Assembly (NCBI RefSeq): GCF_000015805.1
Contig: NC_009073.1
Location: forward strand, 1,505,762-1,537,761
Source: Pyrobaculum calidifontis JCM 11548
Lineage (GTDB): Archaea; Thermoproteota; Thermoprotei; Thermoproteales; Thermoproteaceae
Reading direction: 5' to 3'
Length of the DNA stretch: 32,000 nt
Part shown: piece after piece, positions 17,397-24,950 of the stretch
Position numbering within the stretch: the stretch's first letter is position 1
Layout of the letters: the number at the start of each line of letters is the position of its first letter
Notes under the pieces: generated by a model
What the model saw: the letters and a program-made list of their open reading frames with translations, nothing else
The model's database searches: none
What the model was told of the DNA's origin: nothing
Translations under genes and position numbers: made by a program

Positions 17397-19761
17397 GCTG
17401 GAGAACTTCCGCTCGTATAGGGGAGCGCACAGGCTGGAGCTAGGCGACGTCAATTTGCTGTGGGGCAGGATAGGCGCTGGGAAAACCTCCGTTTTCTACG
17501 CCATTGAGTACGCCTTGTTTGGCCAACAGCTTGAGGTCAAGGAGAGGGTGGCCAAGCTAGCCGACTTGATACACTCGGGGTCTCACGAGGCTAGAGTGGC
17601 TCTAGAGCTGGTGGACGGGGCCAATGTGCTTAAGGTGGAGAGGAAGCTGGGAAAGCGGGGAGCGGAGAAGCTCGTCGTTGTGCACAACGGCGTAGAGCTC
17701 AGAGGCGGCGAGGCGGAGAGGAGGCTGGAGGAGCTTTTAGGCGTAGACGAGGATTTGTACGAGCGGTTGGTATACATTTCTCACAGGACGCTGGAGGGCT
17801 TTATCTACGGCACCTCTCAGAAGAGGGCAATCTCGGTGGATAGGCTCTTCGGCATCGACGTGATAGACGGCGTAGTTAAGACCGTCTCCTCGGCCGAGAA
17901 GGCGCTGTTGGGGAAGGCGGAGGAGCTGAGGAAGAGGCTGGCGGCTTATGAGAAGTACCGGGATGTGATTAAGAGGTATGGTGGCTACTCGGGGCTAGTG
18001 TCTAGGCTTAGGGCTCTGAGCTCCGAGATTGAGGCGCTGAAGGAGCGGGAGGCTATGTTGACGAGGACGGTGGAGGAACTTGCCAGGGCGCGGGCGGCGT
18101 ATTTGGCGAAGCTGAAGGAGCACGAGCAGATTCTACTGGAGTACTACAGGGCCAGGTCTGAGCTCGAGTTTTTGGAGTCCTCCGCGGGGGGCGAGGTAGA
18201 CGTGGGCGCGCTGGAGAAGGTGAAGGCCGCGCTTAGGGAGGCCGCTGAGGAGTTTGAACACATGCTTGACCCAGGCATATTGGAGAAGTTGTACAAGGCG
18301 TCCGACCTGGAGGCCCTCTCGGTGGCCATGGCCGAGGTGTACGACGCATTGACTAGGGTTGCAAAAGACTTGGAACTCGAGCTGACCGACGTGAAAAAGG
18401 CCTATGAGGAGTATGTGGCCAGGGCGAGGAGACTTGAGGAGGAGGTGGCCGCGGCTGAGGCGCGGCTGAGGAGATTGGAGAAGCCGTTTTTGCGCTTTCA
18501 AGAGCTTTTAAAGAAGCTTCGCTCTTTGGAGGAGGCCCGGGCGAGGCTAAGCGAGGCCAGGCGTAGGCTTAGCGAGGCGGAGAGAGAGGCGGCGTATTAC
18601 ACGTCTCTCAAGACTGTGGCGTTGTACCTAGCTGAGACAAACGCCTCTGTTTGCCCAATATGCGGCTCGCCTATAAGCAGAGAGGCCGTAGAGAAAGTAG
18701 TTCGGGATATCGATGAAAAGTTCGGCGGCGTAGTGAAGAGAGTGGAAGAGCTACGGGAGGAGGTTAAGGCGCTGGAGAGAGAGGTAGAGGAGATGGAGAT
18801 CCTCCAGGGCGACGCGGCAGAGTACATAGCCGCGAAGGCTAGACTGGACGAATTAAAGGTAGAGAGAGAGGAGGTGGTGAAAAAGGTGTTGCAGGCTGAG
18901 AAGTCGGTTAGGCAGTTGGAGAAGAGAATTGAGAAGTTGCGCGAGTTTTTTGCAAAAGTGGACAAGCGTGTCATCTCAGACGCCGTCTCTAGGTATGGGA
19001 GAGCCGTGAGGATTAGGGAGCTTAGGAAAAGGGTCAAAGAACTTGAGGAGAGGCTGAGGCAGGCGGGGATAGGGGGAGAGGAGCTCGAGGTGGAGGTCAA
19101 GTGGAGGGAGGCGGCGGCTGAGCTTGAAAAGGCGGCGGCTAGGCTAGCCGAGTTGTACAAGGAGAAGAGCCTCTTGGAGGAGGCGGCGCGGGAGGTTGGG
19201 GAGGAGGCGGAGGGGCTGAAGAAGAGGCTGGACAACGTGCTGTATGCGTATGGAAGACTAGAGGAGCTCAAGTCCCGGCTTGAGTTAGCCAAGGTTAGCG
19301 CAAGAGCTAGGCTTGTGGAAGTGGTGAGGAGCCGTTTCAACGAGGTGTTTCAAAGCTTGTATAAGTATGGCGACGTTGTGAAAGTGGACGCGGCGGTGGA
19401 GCCCAGCAGGGGGTACTACGACTTCTACGCCATTTCTCCCTCCGGCGATAGATATGGCGTCTCCCGGCTGAGCGATGGGCAGAGGCTGTCAATAGCCCTC
19501 TCCCTGGCCCTAGCGTTAAGAGAAATCTCCCAGGTGAAGCTCGGCTTCTTAATCTTCGACGAGCCGATACCCTACGTCGATGTAAATGTGAGAAAGGCCT
19601 TCGCCCAACTTCTCACATCGCTGGCTGGGCGCTACCAGCTCCTAGTGGCCACCCAGTCTAGGGAGTTCGCGGAGGAGGTCAGAGAGGCTTTGCCAAACGC
19701 AAAGCTGTTCACCGTTGTGAAAGACGGCGCCTCTGCGCTGATAGAGGGGTTACAAAGCTGA
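17374..19761 (+). CDS. rkd-4: Arcadin-4: Rad50/SMC-like coiled-coil ABC ATPase with zinc hook
   Basis: 795 aa. Walker A GRIGAGKTS (17464-17490). About 250-aa E/K/R/A/L-rich coiled-coil arms flank a central CPIC motif (C427-C430, 18652-18663). ABC signature LSDGQRLSIAL (from 19468). Walker B FLIFDEP (19546-19566). Last gene of the crenactin cluster. Confidence 0.85.
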   Translation: MWRISRVELENFRSYRGAHRLELGDVNLLWGRIGAGKTSVFYAIEYALFGQQLEVKERVAKLADLIHSGSHEARVALELVDGANVLKVERKLGKRGAEKLVVVHNGVELRGGEAERRLEELLGVDEDLYERLVYISHRTLEGFIYGTSQKRAISVDRLFGIDVIDGVVKTVSSAEKALLGKAEELRKRLAAYEKYRDVIKRYGGYSGLVSRLRALSSEIEALKEREAMLTRTVEELARARAAYLAKLKEHEQILLEYYRARSELEFLESSAGGEVDVGALEKVKAALREAAEEFEHMLDPGILEKLYKASDLEALSVAMAEVYDALTRVAKDLELELTDVKKAYEEYVARARRLEEEVAAAEARLRRLEKPFLRFQELLKKLRSLEEARARLSEARRRLSEAEREAAYYTSLKTVALYLAETNASVCPICGSPISREAVEKVVRDIDEKFGGVVKRVEELREEVKALEREVEEMEILQGDAAEYIAAKARLDELKVEREEVVKKVLQAEKSVRQLEKRIEKLREFFAKVDKRVISDAVSRYGRAVRIRELRKRVKELEERLRQAGIGGEELEVEVKWREAAAELEKAAARLAELYKEKSLLEEAAREVGEEAEGLKKRLDNVLYAYGRLEELKSRLELAKVSARARLVEVVRSRFNEVFQSLYKYGDVVKVDAAVEPSRGYYDFYAISPSGDRYGVSRLSDGQRLSIALSLALALREISQVKLGFLIFDEPIPYVDVNVRKAFAQLLTSLAGRYQLLVATQSREFAEEVREALPNAKLFTVVKDGASALIEGLQS

Positions 19762-19807
19762 GCCTCAGTGCAGGTCACCGATCCCAGCTCCAGACCTTCA
19801 CCACCAT

Positions 19808-20554
19808 TCAGCTTGTGTGTTGCTCTGTTCCAGTATTAAAACTTGCCCTCTGCCAGACGTGGTTGAAGTAAGTCTTGGCAACCTCGATTATGTAGCGCTC
19901 GTTGGAGTAAACTCCGCTCAGTTCGTCGAAGTGTTTTACGTAGATCACGACGGCGTCTCCGATGGCGCCTCCGCCGAAGAGCTCAGCCGTGGTCCTCACC
20001 TCCACGCGGGGAGGCAGGCTCAACATGGGCCTCAGACGTGCAGTGGTAAGAACCTTGATAGACACCCTCTTTGACTCCTCCTCTATTGCCGAGACCAGCC
20101 TATACGTCACCAGCTCTGGGAAGGGGAGAGCGAGGTACACCTCGGAGTCCGCCGTAGTTATGATCTCGTGGACTAACTCGGCAATCCGCTCCGTGCCTCT
20201 CACCAGCGTCAAGAACGTCGAGGCAACTGCGTGCTGTCTCTCGTAGACCATTTGCAACCCGTCGAAATAGGGCTTTAACTGCCTCAACGCCTCCGATGTC
20301 TTGTTTACAAGCATTTTGTAGACCTCCGCGGGGGGTCTCGCCCTGTACCTGTACGGCCTCCCACCGCCCTCCTTTGCCACAACGCCCAGGTTCTCCAACT
20401 TGTAGAGGTAGGTGTATATCTTTGTGTAGGGGATGCCCAGCGCCTCTGCCAACTCTCTTGCCGATTTGGGGCCCTGTTCTACCAAGGCTACGTAGATCTC
20501 CGCCTCCCGCTCCCCGACGCCGAGGAGGGAGAGGACTCTGCCGAGCTGGTCCAC
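19808..20554 (-). CDS. TrmB-family transcriptional regulator
   Basis: The N-terminal wHTH LLGVGEREAEIYVALVEQGPKSARELAEALGIPYTKIYTYLYKLENLGVV is typical of TrmB proteins. A C-terminal effector-like domain follows. GTG start 20554, with TATA gataaata (plus 20573-20581) 23 nt upstream. Confidence 0.85.
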   Translation of the reverse strand: MDQLGRVLSLLGVGEREAEIYVALVEQGPKSARELAEALGIPYTKIYTYLYKLENLGVVAKEGGGRPYRYRARPPAEVYKMLVNKTSEALRQLKPYFDGLQMVYERQHAVASTFLTLVRGTERIAELVHEIITTADSEVYLALPFPELVTYRLVSAIEEESKRVSIKVLTTARLRPMLSLPPRVEVRTTAELFGGGAIGDAVVIYVKHFDELSGVYSNERYIIEVAKTYFNHVWQRASFNTGTEQHTS

Positions 20555-20589
20555 GGAGAGGTGGCGGTTTAGCTATTTATCTTTTTCCG

Positions 20590-20602
20590 TTAACCGGGTT
20601 AA
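20590..20602. promoter_or_regulatory. Perfect palindrome TTAACC-G-GGTTAA; candidate TrmB operator
   Basis: Six-nt arms around one central base. It lies between the two divergent TATA boxes (20573-20581 and 20607-20614) and abuts the A-rich BRE-like stretch of the radical-SAM promoter. Confidence 0.4.
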
Positions 20603-20606
20603 AAAG

Positions 20607-20614
20607 TTTAAATA
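20607..20614 (+). promoter_or_regulatory. TATA box (tttaaata) for the radical-SAM gene
   Basis: Centred 24 nt upstream of ATG 20635 and preceded by aaaaag. Confidence 0.5.
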
Positions 20615-20634
20615 TAGATGGCCACGGGGGCGCA

Positions 20635-22374
20635 ATGAGCAAACAAGTGCTGGAGCTAGAGGCTAAGCCGAAGAGGCTGGTGGATCTCTCCAGGTTTAAT
20701 CTGCCAGAGAGGTACAAATCGACGTTGACAAATGAGAAGTGGCAGACGATGGTCAAGAGGCAGTACGGACTGCCAGAGGATACCCGCGCAGTGAAGGCGA
20801 CGCTGTCTCTCTGCCCAGTCTGCAACAGGAGGATACCGGCTGTGGTCTACGAGGAGAACGGTGCTATATGGCTTAAGAAGAGTTGCCCAGAACACGGCGT
20901 ATTTGAGGACTTGTACTGGGGCGACGCGGAGATGTACTACTACTTCCTCCAGTGGGACAGGCCCGAGTACATCGCCAAGGGCCTTGCAAACCCCTACACA
21001 GATCTGGAGTTCTACAAGGACATGGGCTCTTGTCCCGAGGGCTGCGGCCTCTGCCCAGTGCACAAATCCAACACCGTGTTGGCCATAATCGACGTCACCA
21101 ATAGGTGCAACATGGCGTGCCCCGTGTGTTTCGCCAACGCCGGCGCCGCCGGCTACGTCTATGAGCCGACCCTAGAGCAGATAGAGTACATGTTGCGCAC
21201 GTTGAGGGCGCAGAAGCCGTGGCCCCCCAACGCGATTCAGATATCGGGCGGCGAGCCTACGCTTAGAGACGACTTGCCCATAATCGTATCCATGGCCAAG
21301 AAGCTCGGCTTTACGCACATTGAGGTGAACACAAATGGCATTAGGCTGGCCAACGAGCCGGAGTACTACAAGGCCCTGCTAGACGCGGGCATGTCCACCA
21401 TATACCTCCAGTTCGACACGATCGACGAAAAGAACGAGGGCGTGTGGCGCCACAGGCTTTACCACCCCAAGGCCTACGCCGCCATAAAGTACAGAGTAAT
21501 TGAAAACGCGAGGAAGCTGGGCCACCGCTCCATAGTCCTAGTGGTGACTCTGGCCCGCAACTACAACGACAAGGACTTGGGCAAGATCATCGACTTCGCA
21601 ATTCAGAACAGAGACGTGGTGAGGTGGGTGAATATACAGCCCGTGTCCTTCTCAGGCCGCGCCAGGCTGTACAGCAAGGAGGAGCTCCGCAAATTCCGCA
21701 TAACGATCCCGGACACCATAATTGAGATTGAGAAGCAGACCGGCGGAGCCATCAGCAGGTGGGACTGGCGCCCCACCAACTGGCCAGTGGCCGTGGCCAA
21801 GATGGTCGAGGCGTTGACAGACTCGCCCAAGCCTCTCTTCTCCATGAACCCCATGTGCGGCGCCGCCACCTTCATATACTACGACGAAGACGAGAAGCGC
21901 ATATACCCAATCACAAAGTTGGTAGACGTCGACGCGTTTGAGCGCGGCGCGTGGGATGTGTACTACACAGCGGTGAAGGGCGGAGTGTATAAGCAGGCGG
22001 CTAAGCTAAAGGCGCTGAAGCTATTGAAAGCGGTCAAACACAAGAGGGTAAAAGACTTGATCTACGACTTCCTCGTGAAAAAGGACTACGAGTCGCTTGG
22101 CCGCTTCTTCTTCAACGTGGTGGGCATCGGCATAATGCACTTCATGGACACAATGAACTACGACGTAGAGAGAGTGCAGCGCTGCGACATCCACTACGCG
22201 ACGCCAGACGGCCGCGTATTCCCATTCTGCACATACAACGTCGTCGGACACAGAGAAAAGGTAGAGCAGTCCTTTAAGGTCGATCCAAAGACCTGGGTGA
22301 AGGTGACCGGTGTATCTCTGACCGGGTGGAACAAGCAGAAATTCCAGGAAATACGCACAAGCATAAGCCCATAA
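20635..22374 (+). CDS. Radical SAM enzyme with N-terminal Cys3His ribbon and auxiliary Cys cluster (MJ0619-like; candidate tetraether lipid synthase Tes/GDGT-MAS family)
   Basis: 579 aa from ATG 20635. Track ORF codons 20296-20634 are antisense to trmB. Motifs: CPVC...SCPEHG (20812-20895), CPEGCGLCPVH (21031-21063) and the radical-SAM CNMACPVC, a Cx3Cx2C (21106-21129). SGGEPTL SAM-binding motif and a large C-terminal domain. The family assignment is from memory of the architecture, not from a search. Confidence 0.8.
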   Translation: MSKQVLELEAKPKRLVDLSRFNLPERYKSTLTNEKWQTMVKRQYGLPEDTRAVKATLSLCPVCNRRIPAVVYEENGAIWLKKSCPEHGVFEDLYWGDAEMYYYFLQWDRPEYIAKGLANPYTDLEFYKDMGSCPEGCGLCPVHKSNTVLAIIDVTNRCNMACPVCFANAGAAGYVYEPTLEQIEYMLRTLRAQKPWPPNAIQISGGEPTLRDDLPIIVSMAKKLGFTHIEVNTNGIRLANEPEYYKALLDAGMSTIYLQFDTIDEKNEGVWRHRLYHPKAYAAIKYRVIENARKLGHRSIVLVVTLARNYNDKDLGKIIDFAIQNRDVVRWVNIQPVSFSGRARLYSKEELRKFRITIPDTIIEIEKQTGGAISRWDWRPTNWPVAVAKMVEALTDSPKPLFSMNPMCGAATFIYYDEDEKRIYPITKLVDVDAFERGAWDVYYTAVKGGVYKQAAKLKALKLLKAVKHKRVKDLIYDFLVKKDYESLGRFFFNVVGIGIMHFMDTMNYDVERVQRCDIHYATPDGRVFPFCTYNVVGHREKVEQSFKVDPKTWVKVTGVSLTGWNKQKFQEIRTSISP

Positions 22375-22377
22375 ACC

Positions 22378-22383
22378 TTTTTT
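22378..22383 (+). terminator. Oligo-T tract (T6) 3 nt after the radical-SAM stop codon
   Basis: taaaccTTTTTTcc. Archaeal transcription termination commonly occurs at oligo-T runs. This is a convergent gene junction. Confidence 0.3.
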
Positions 22384-22386
22384 CCT

Positions 22387-24189
22387 CTACCTCCTCTCTC
22401 TTCTTATCACGAGGAGCACAGTAATTGCTAGAGCTACGGCAACTATTGCCAACGGCATCTGAAACGACATAGTATCTCTCTGCTGCGGCGTAGTGGCTAC
22501 TGCGGGTAGGGGTATCGTGGTGTTGCGCATGGCTGGCGGAAGTTCAATGAAATACCGGACCTCGACCCTTGTCGCATTCACTACGGCAAGATACATCTCC
22601 ACTGCGGCGCGGCGCGTCGACAGCTCATAAAGCTGCCTTCTCAACTCGGCGGTGTAGTTGTACAATGCGGACTCTACAAAGCCGAGCCTGGGCAACGCGG
22701 CCAGTTGCTCCACCTGATAGTCTCTAAGGCCACGGGCGTAGTGGACGAGGTCGTCACCAGCTCTCCTGAGCGTAGCAGAGGCGTTGTAAAGCGGCGCCAC
22801 GTATTTAGACACCTCGTCTGCAGTTTTGTAGAGGTTGGCCGCAACGTCGTCTAAGTTCTTCGATGCGTTTAATATGATCTGCGGCATGCCTTGTTTAAGC
22901 GCCGTGGCGTTCCCCCGCGTGGAGGCCGCAGTGGAGTTTAACAGAGGCGCCAGCTCTCCCAAGCTCTTCCTAGTTGCCTCGAGAGTATTCACAGAAGAAT
23001 CAACTATAGCGATAAGGCTGTCTACAATGCCTAGCAAAGAGTCCACGGACTGCCTCAGCGAGCGCAACTGCAAAATTGCTGCGTCGAGAGGTCTCTCACC
23101 TTGTGTTAAATTCAGCTGGGAGAGAGCTCTCTTGGCGCTCTCTAACTCGCCTATCGCCAAGTCGATTGACTGGCGGATTGCCAGTAGATTAGATCTAATG
23201 CCAAAGAGCTGTCTGCGCGTCTCGGCAAGCCCCTGTATTGTCTGCCCAGCGGCCACGTCGTAGGAGGCCAACGCCGCTGACTGCGTTTCTAACAAGTTGG
23301 CGGCTGTTATAAGCGCTAGGTACTGGTAGTCAACTAAGAGGAGGCTCCGGTTTAACACCTGCGACACCCCAGCCGCAGCATCCCCCAGCGCCGCCACTTG
23401 TCTCCTCAGCGCCTCCAGCGCATACGTCGACGTGTTCAACGCGCTGGCCCCCTGGCCCAGGGCAAGGCCCGTCAAGTTGAGAAGCTGAATGAGGCGGGTC
23501 AAATTTTGCAACTGGCCGTAGGCAGTCTCCGTAAACAGTGAGACAACCCTTGAGAAATTCTGTAGCTGGGCAACGGCGCTGTTTAACTCCCTCGTCTGCC
23601 TATCAAAAGCCGACAATGTGCCGTTTAAATCAAGCGTCGCAGTTATAGACACCGTGGGCAACCGTACAGCCCCAAAGCTCCCAAACTCCCTAATCCTCAG
23701 ACCCAGCTTAAACTCTGTGTAGTTACCCACCAGGAGAGCCCAGTAGTACACAGTAGAGCCCGACACCTGGGTCACTGAGGTAGGAGCCACGTCATAGAGC
23801 AGGGCAACTTTTCCATCCGTCGCCACCGACACCACCACGGGCACAGACACAGGGAGAAGGGGACGGAGCTTCACCAATAGCCGAACCACGGTCGTGTTAT
23901 CCGCCCAGAGGACCCCATCTCTATAGACCCCGTTCACATAACTCACGTCTACGTCCACCGCGAGAAATGGGGGATACACATTTTGCGCCGGCCGCTCCAA
24001 CACCACCGCCGAGTAGGGGGGAACCGTCACGCCTGACACATTCACGGGGCTTGGCCCATTGTTTACGAGGACTTCTTGAAGAGAGACAGAGCTCGTGACG
24101 GCGCCCCCAGGCTTTACGTTGTACGTCATTACAAGCGTAGATGCGGCTAGGAAAACCGCCACAGCGAGTAGGTACAAGAGCTGCCTCAT
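22387..24189 (-). CDS. Bitopic surface glycoprotein candidate (600 aa) with long heptad-periodic helical ectodomain; third gene of the MacB/FtsX-type ABC operon
   Basis: N-terminal signal/TM (MRQLLYLLAVAVFLAASTLV). Beta-rich region to about aa 190. About 330 aa rich in L/A/Q/S/N with heptad spacing (e.g. TIQGLAE TRRQLFG IRSNLLA IRQSIDL AIGELES AKRALSQ). C-terminal TM + RRERR. I count 17 N-x-S/T sequons. Its ATG overlaps the ATPase stop by 4 nt. Confidence 0.75.
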   Translation of the reverse strand: MRQLLYLLAVAVFLAASTLVMTYNVKPGGAVTSSVSLQEVLVNNGPSPVNVSGVTVPPYSAVVLERPAQNVYPPFLAVDVDVSYVNGVYRDGVLWADNTTVVRLLVKLRPLLPVSVPVVVSVATDGKVALLYDVAPTSVTQVSGSTVYYWALLVGNYTEFKLGLRIREFGSFGAVRLPTVSITATLDLNGTLSAFDRQTRELNSAVAQLQNFSRVVSLFTETAYGQLQNLTRLIQLLNLTGLALGQGASALNTSTYALEALRRQVAALGDAAAGVSQVLNRSLLLVDYQYLALITAANLLETQSAALASYDVAAGQTIQGLAETRRQLFGIRSNLLAIRQSIDLAIGELESAKRALSQLNLTQGERPLDAAILQLRSLRQSVDSLLGIVDSLIAIVDSSVNTLEATRKSLGELAPLLNSTAASTRGNATALKQGMPQIILNASKNLDDVAANLYKTADEVSKYVAPLYNASATLRRAGDDLVHYARGLRDYQVEQLAALPRLGFVESALYNYTAELRRQLYELSTRRAAVEMYLAVVNATRVEVRYFIELPPAMRNTTIPLPAVATTPQQRDTMSFQMPLAIVAVALAITVLLVIRRERR

Positions 24190-24950
24190 AGCCCAATTAA
24201 CTCGTCTATGCGTCTAAGTTTTTCATACGCCGTAGCGACTCTCTCCAGTTCTATCTTCAGCTCCCTCTTGGGGGGCTCTGCCGCCTCGTAAACTCTGCCG
24301 CTACGCATGTATATGAGCCTTGTGGCTATGCGCGCCACCTCTGCGTCATGTGTCGCAATAAAAACGGTCGTCTTAAAGATCCGGTTCACGGCGGCTATAA
24401 GGGCTAGGAGGTTTGAGGCGTTGTCGGCGTCTAAGTTTGAGGTTGGCTCGTCGAGGACGAGGATGGGGGGATTATTCGCGAGAGCCCGCGCCACCGCGGC
24501 GCGTTGTTGCATGCCGCTGGACATCTGCTGTGGGTAAAGCCCAGCGGCCTTCTCCAACCCCACTAGCTCGAGAAGCACCCTGGCCTTCAGCAGGGCCAGC
24601 TCCTTCTTCACGCCCAGGGCAATTAGGGGGAGGGCCACGTTCTGCTCCGCGGTTAAATAGGGCACGAGGTTGTAGCTCTGGAAGAGGTAGCCTATGTTCC
24701 GGAGGCGGAACTTCTCCAGCTTCTTCTCTGGCATGTTGACAACATCTACGCCCAACACGTACACCTCGCCGCTCGTTGGTCTATCAAGCGTCGCCACTAT
24801 GTTCAACAACGTGGTCTTCCCCGAGCCCGAGGGACCCATCAACACCACAGACTCCCCCGGGGCCACTACAAGCGAGACTTCTTCTAAGGCCACGGTTCTC
24901 ACAGCGCCGTTCCCATACACCTTGCTCACCCTCCTAAGCTCTACCGCCAT
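24186..24950 (-). CDS. ABC transporter ATP-binding protein (MacB/LolD/FtsE-type)
   Basis: Walker A GPSGSGKTT, Q-loop, signature variant MSSGMQQRAAVARAL, Walker B ILVLDEPTSNLD, H-loop ATHD. The N-terminus VELRRVSKVYGNG...VALEEVSL is typical of the MacB/LolD subfamily. Confidence 0.9.
   Translation of the reverse strand: MAVELRRVSKVYGNGAVRTVALEEVSLVVAPGESVVLMGPSGSGKTTLLNIVATLDRPTSGEVYVLGVDVVNMPEKKLEKFRLRNIGYLFQSYNLVPYLTAEQNVALPLIALGVKKELALLKARVLLELVGLEKAAGLYPQQMSSGMQQRAAVARALANNPPILVLDEPTSNLDADNASNLLALIAAVNRIFKTTVFIATHDAEVARIATRLIYMRSGRVYEAAEPPKRELKIELERVATAYEKLRRIDELIGL

Noticed and set aside
18597-19340. 247-aa minus-strand ORF (S/T/L-rich) inside arcadin-4
   Set aside because: It is the antisense shadow of a GAG/AAG/GCG-rich coiled-coil coding region. 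The composition is low-complexity Ser/Leu/Thr, there is no promoter-like element, and the plus-strand frame carries clear ABC/Rad50 motifs.
17374-19761. Interpreting the Rad50-like ATPase as a DNA-repair Rad50 or an SMC-type defence system (Wadjet/Lamassu-like)
   Set aside because: There are no Mre11/HerA/NurA, kleisin or nuclease partner genes nearby. It is the terminal gene of the crenactin cluster, consistent with arcadin-4.
19762-19807. Convergent intergenic region after arcadin-4, checked for an sRNA or terminator
   Set aside because: I found no C/D boxes, no oligo-T run and no convincing hairpin on either strand.
20296-20634. 113-codon N-terminal extension of the radical-SAM ORF in the track (692 aa)
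   Set aside because: It lies antisense to the well-supported TrmB gene and is Pro/Arg/Cys-rich junk. The TATA at 20607-20614 places the real start at ATG 20635.
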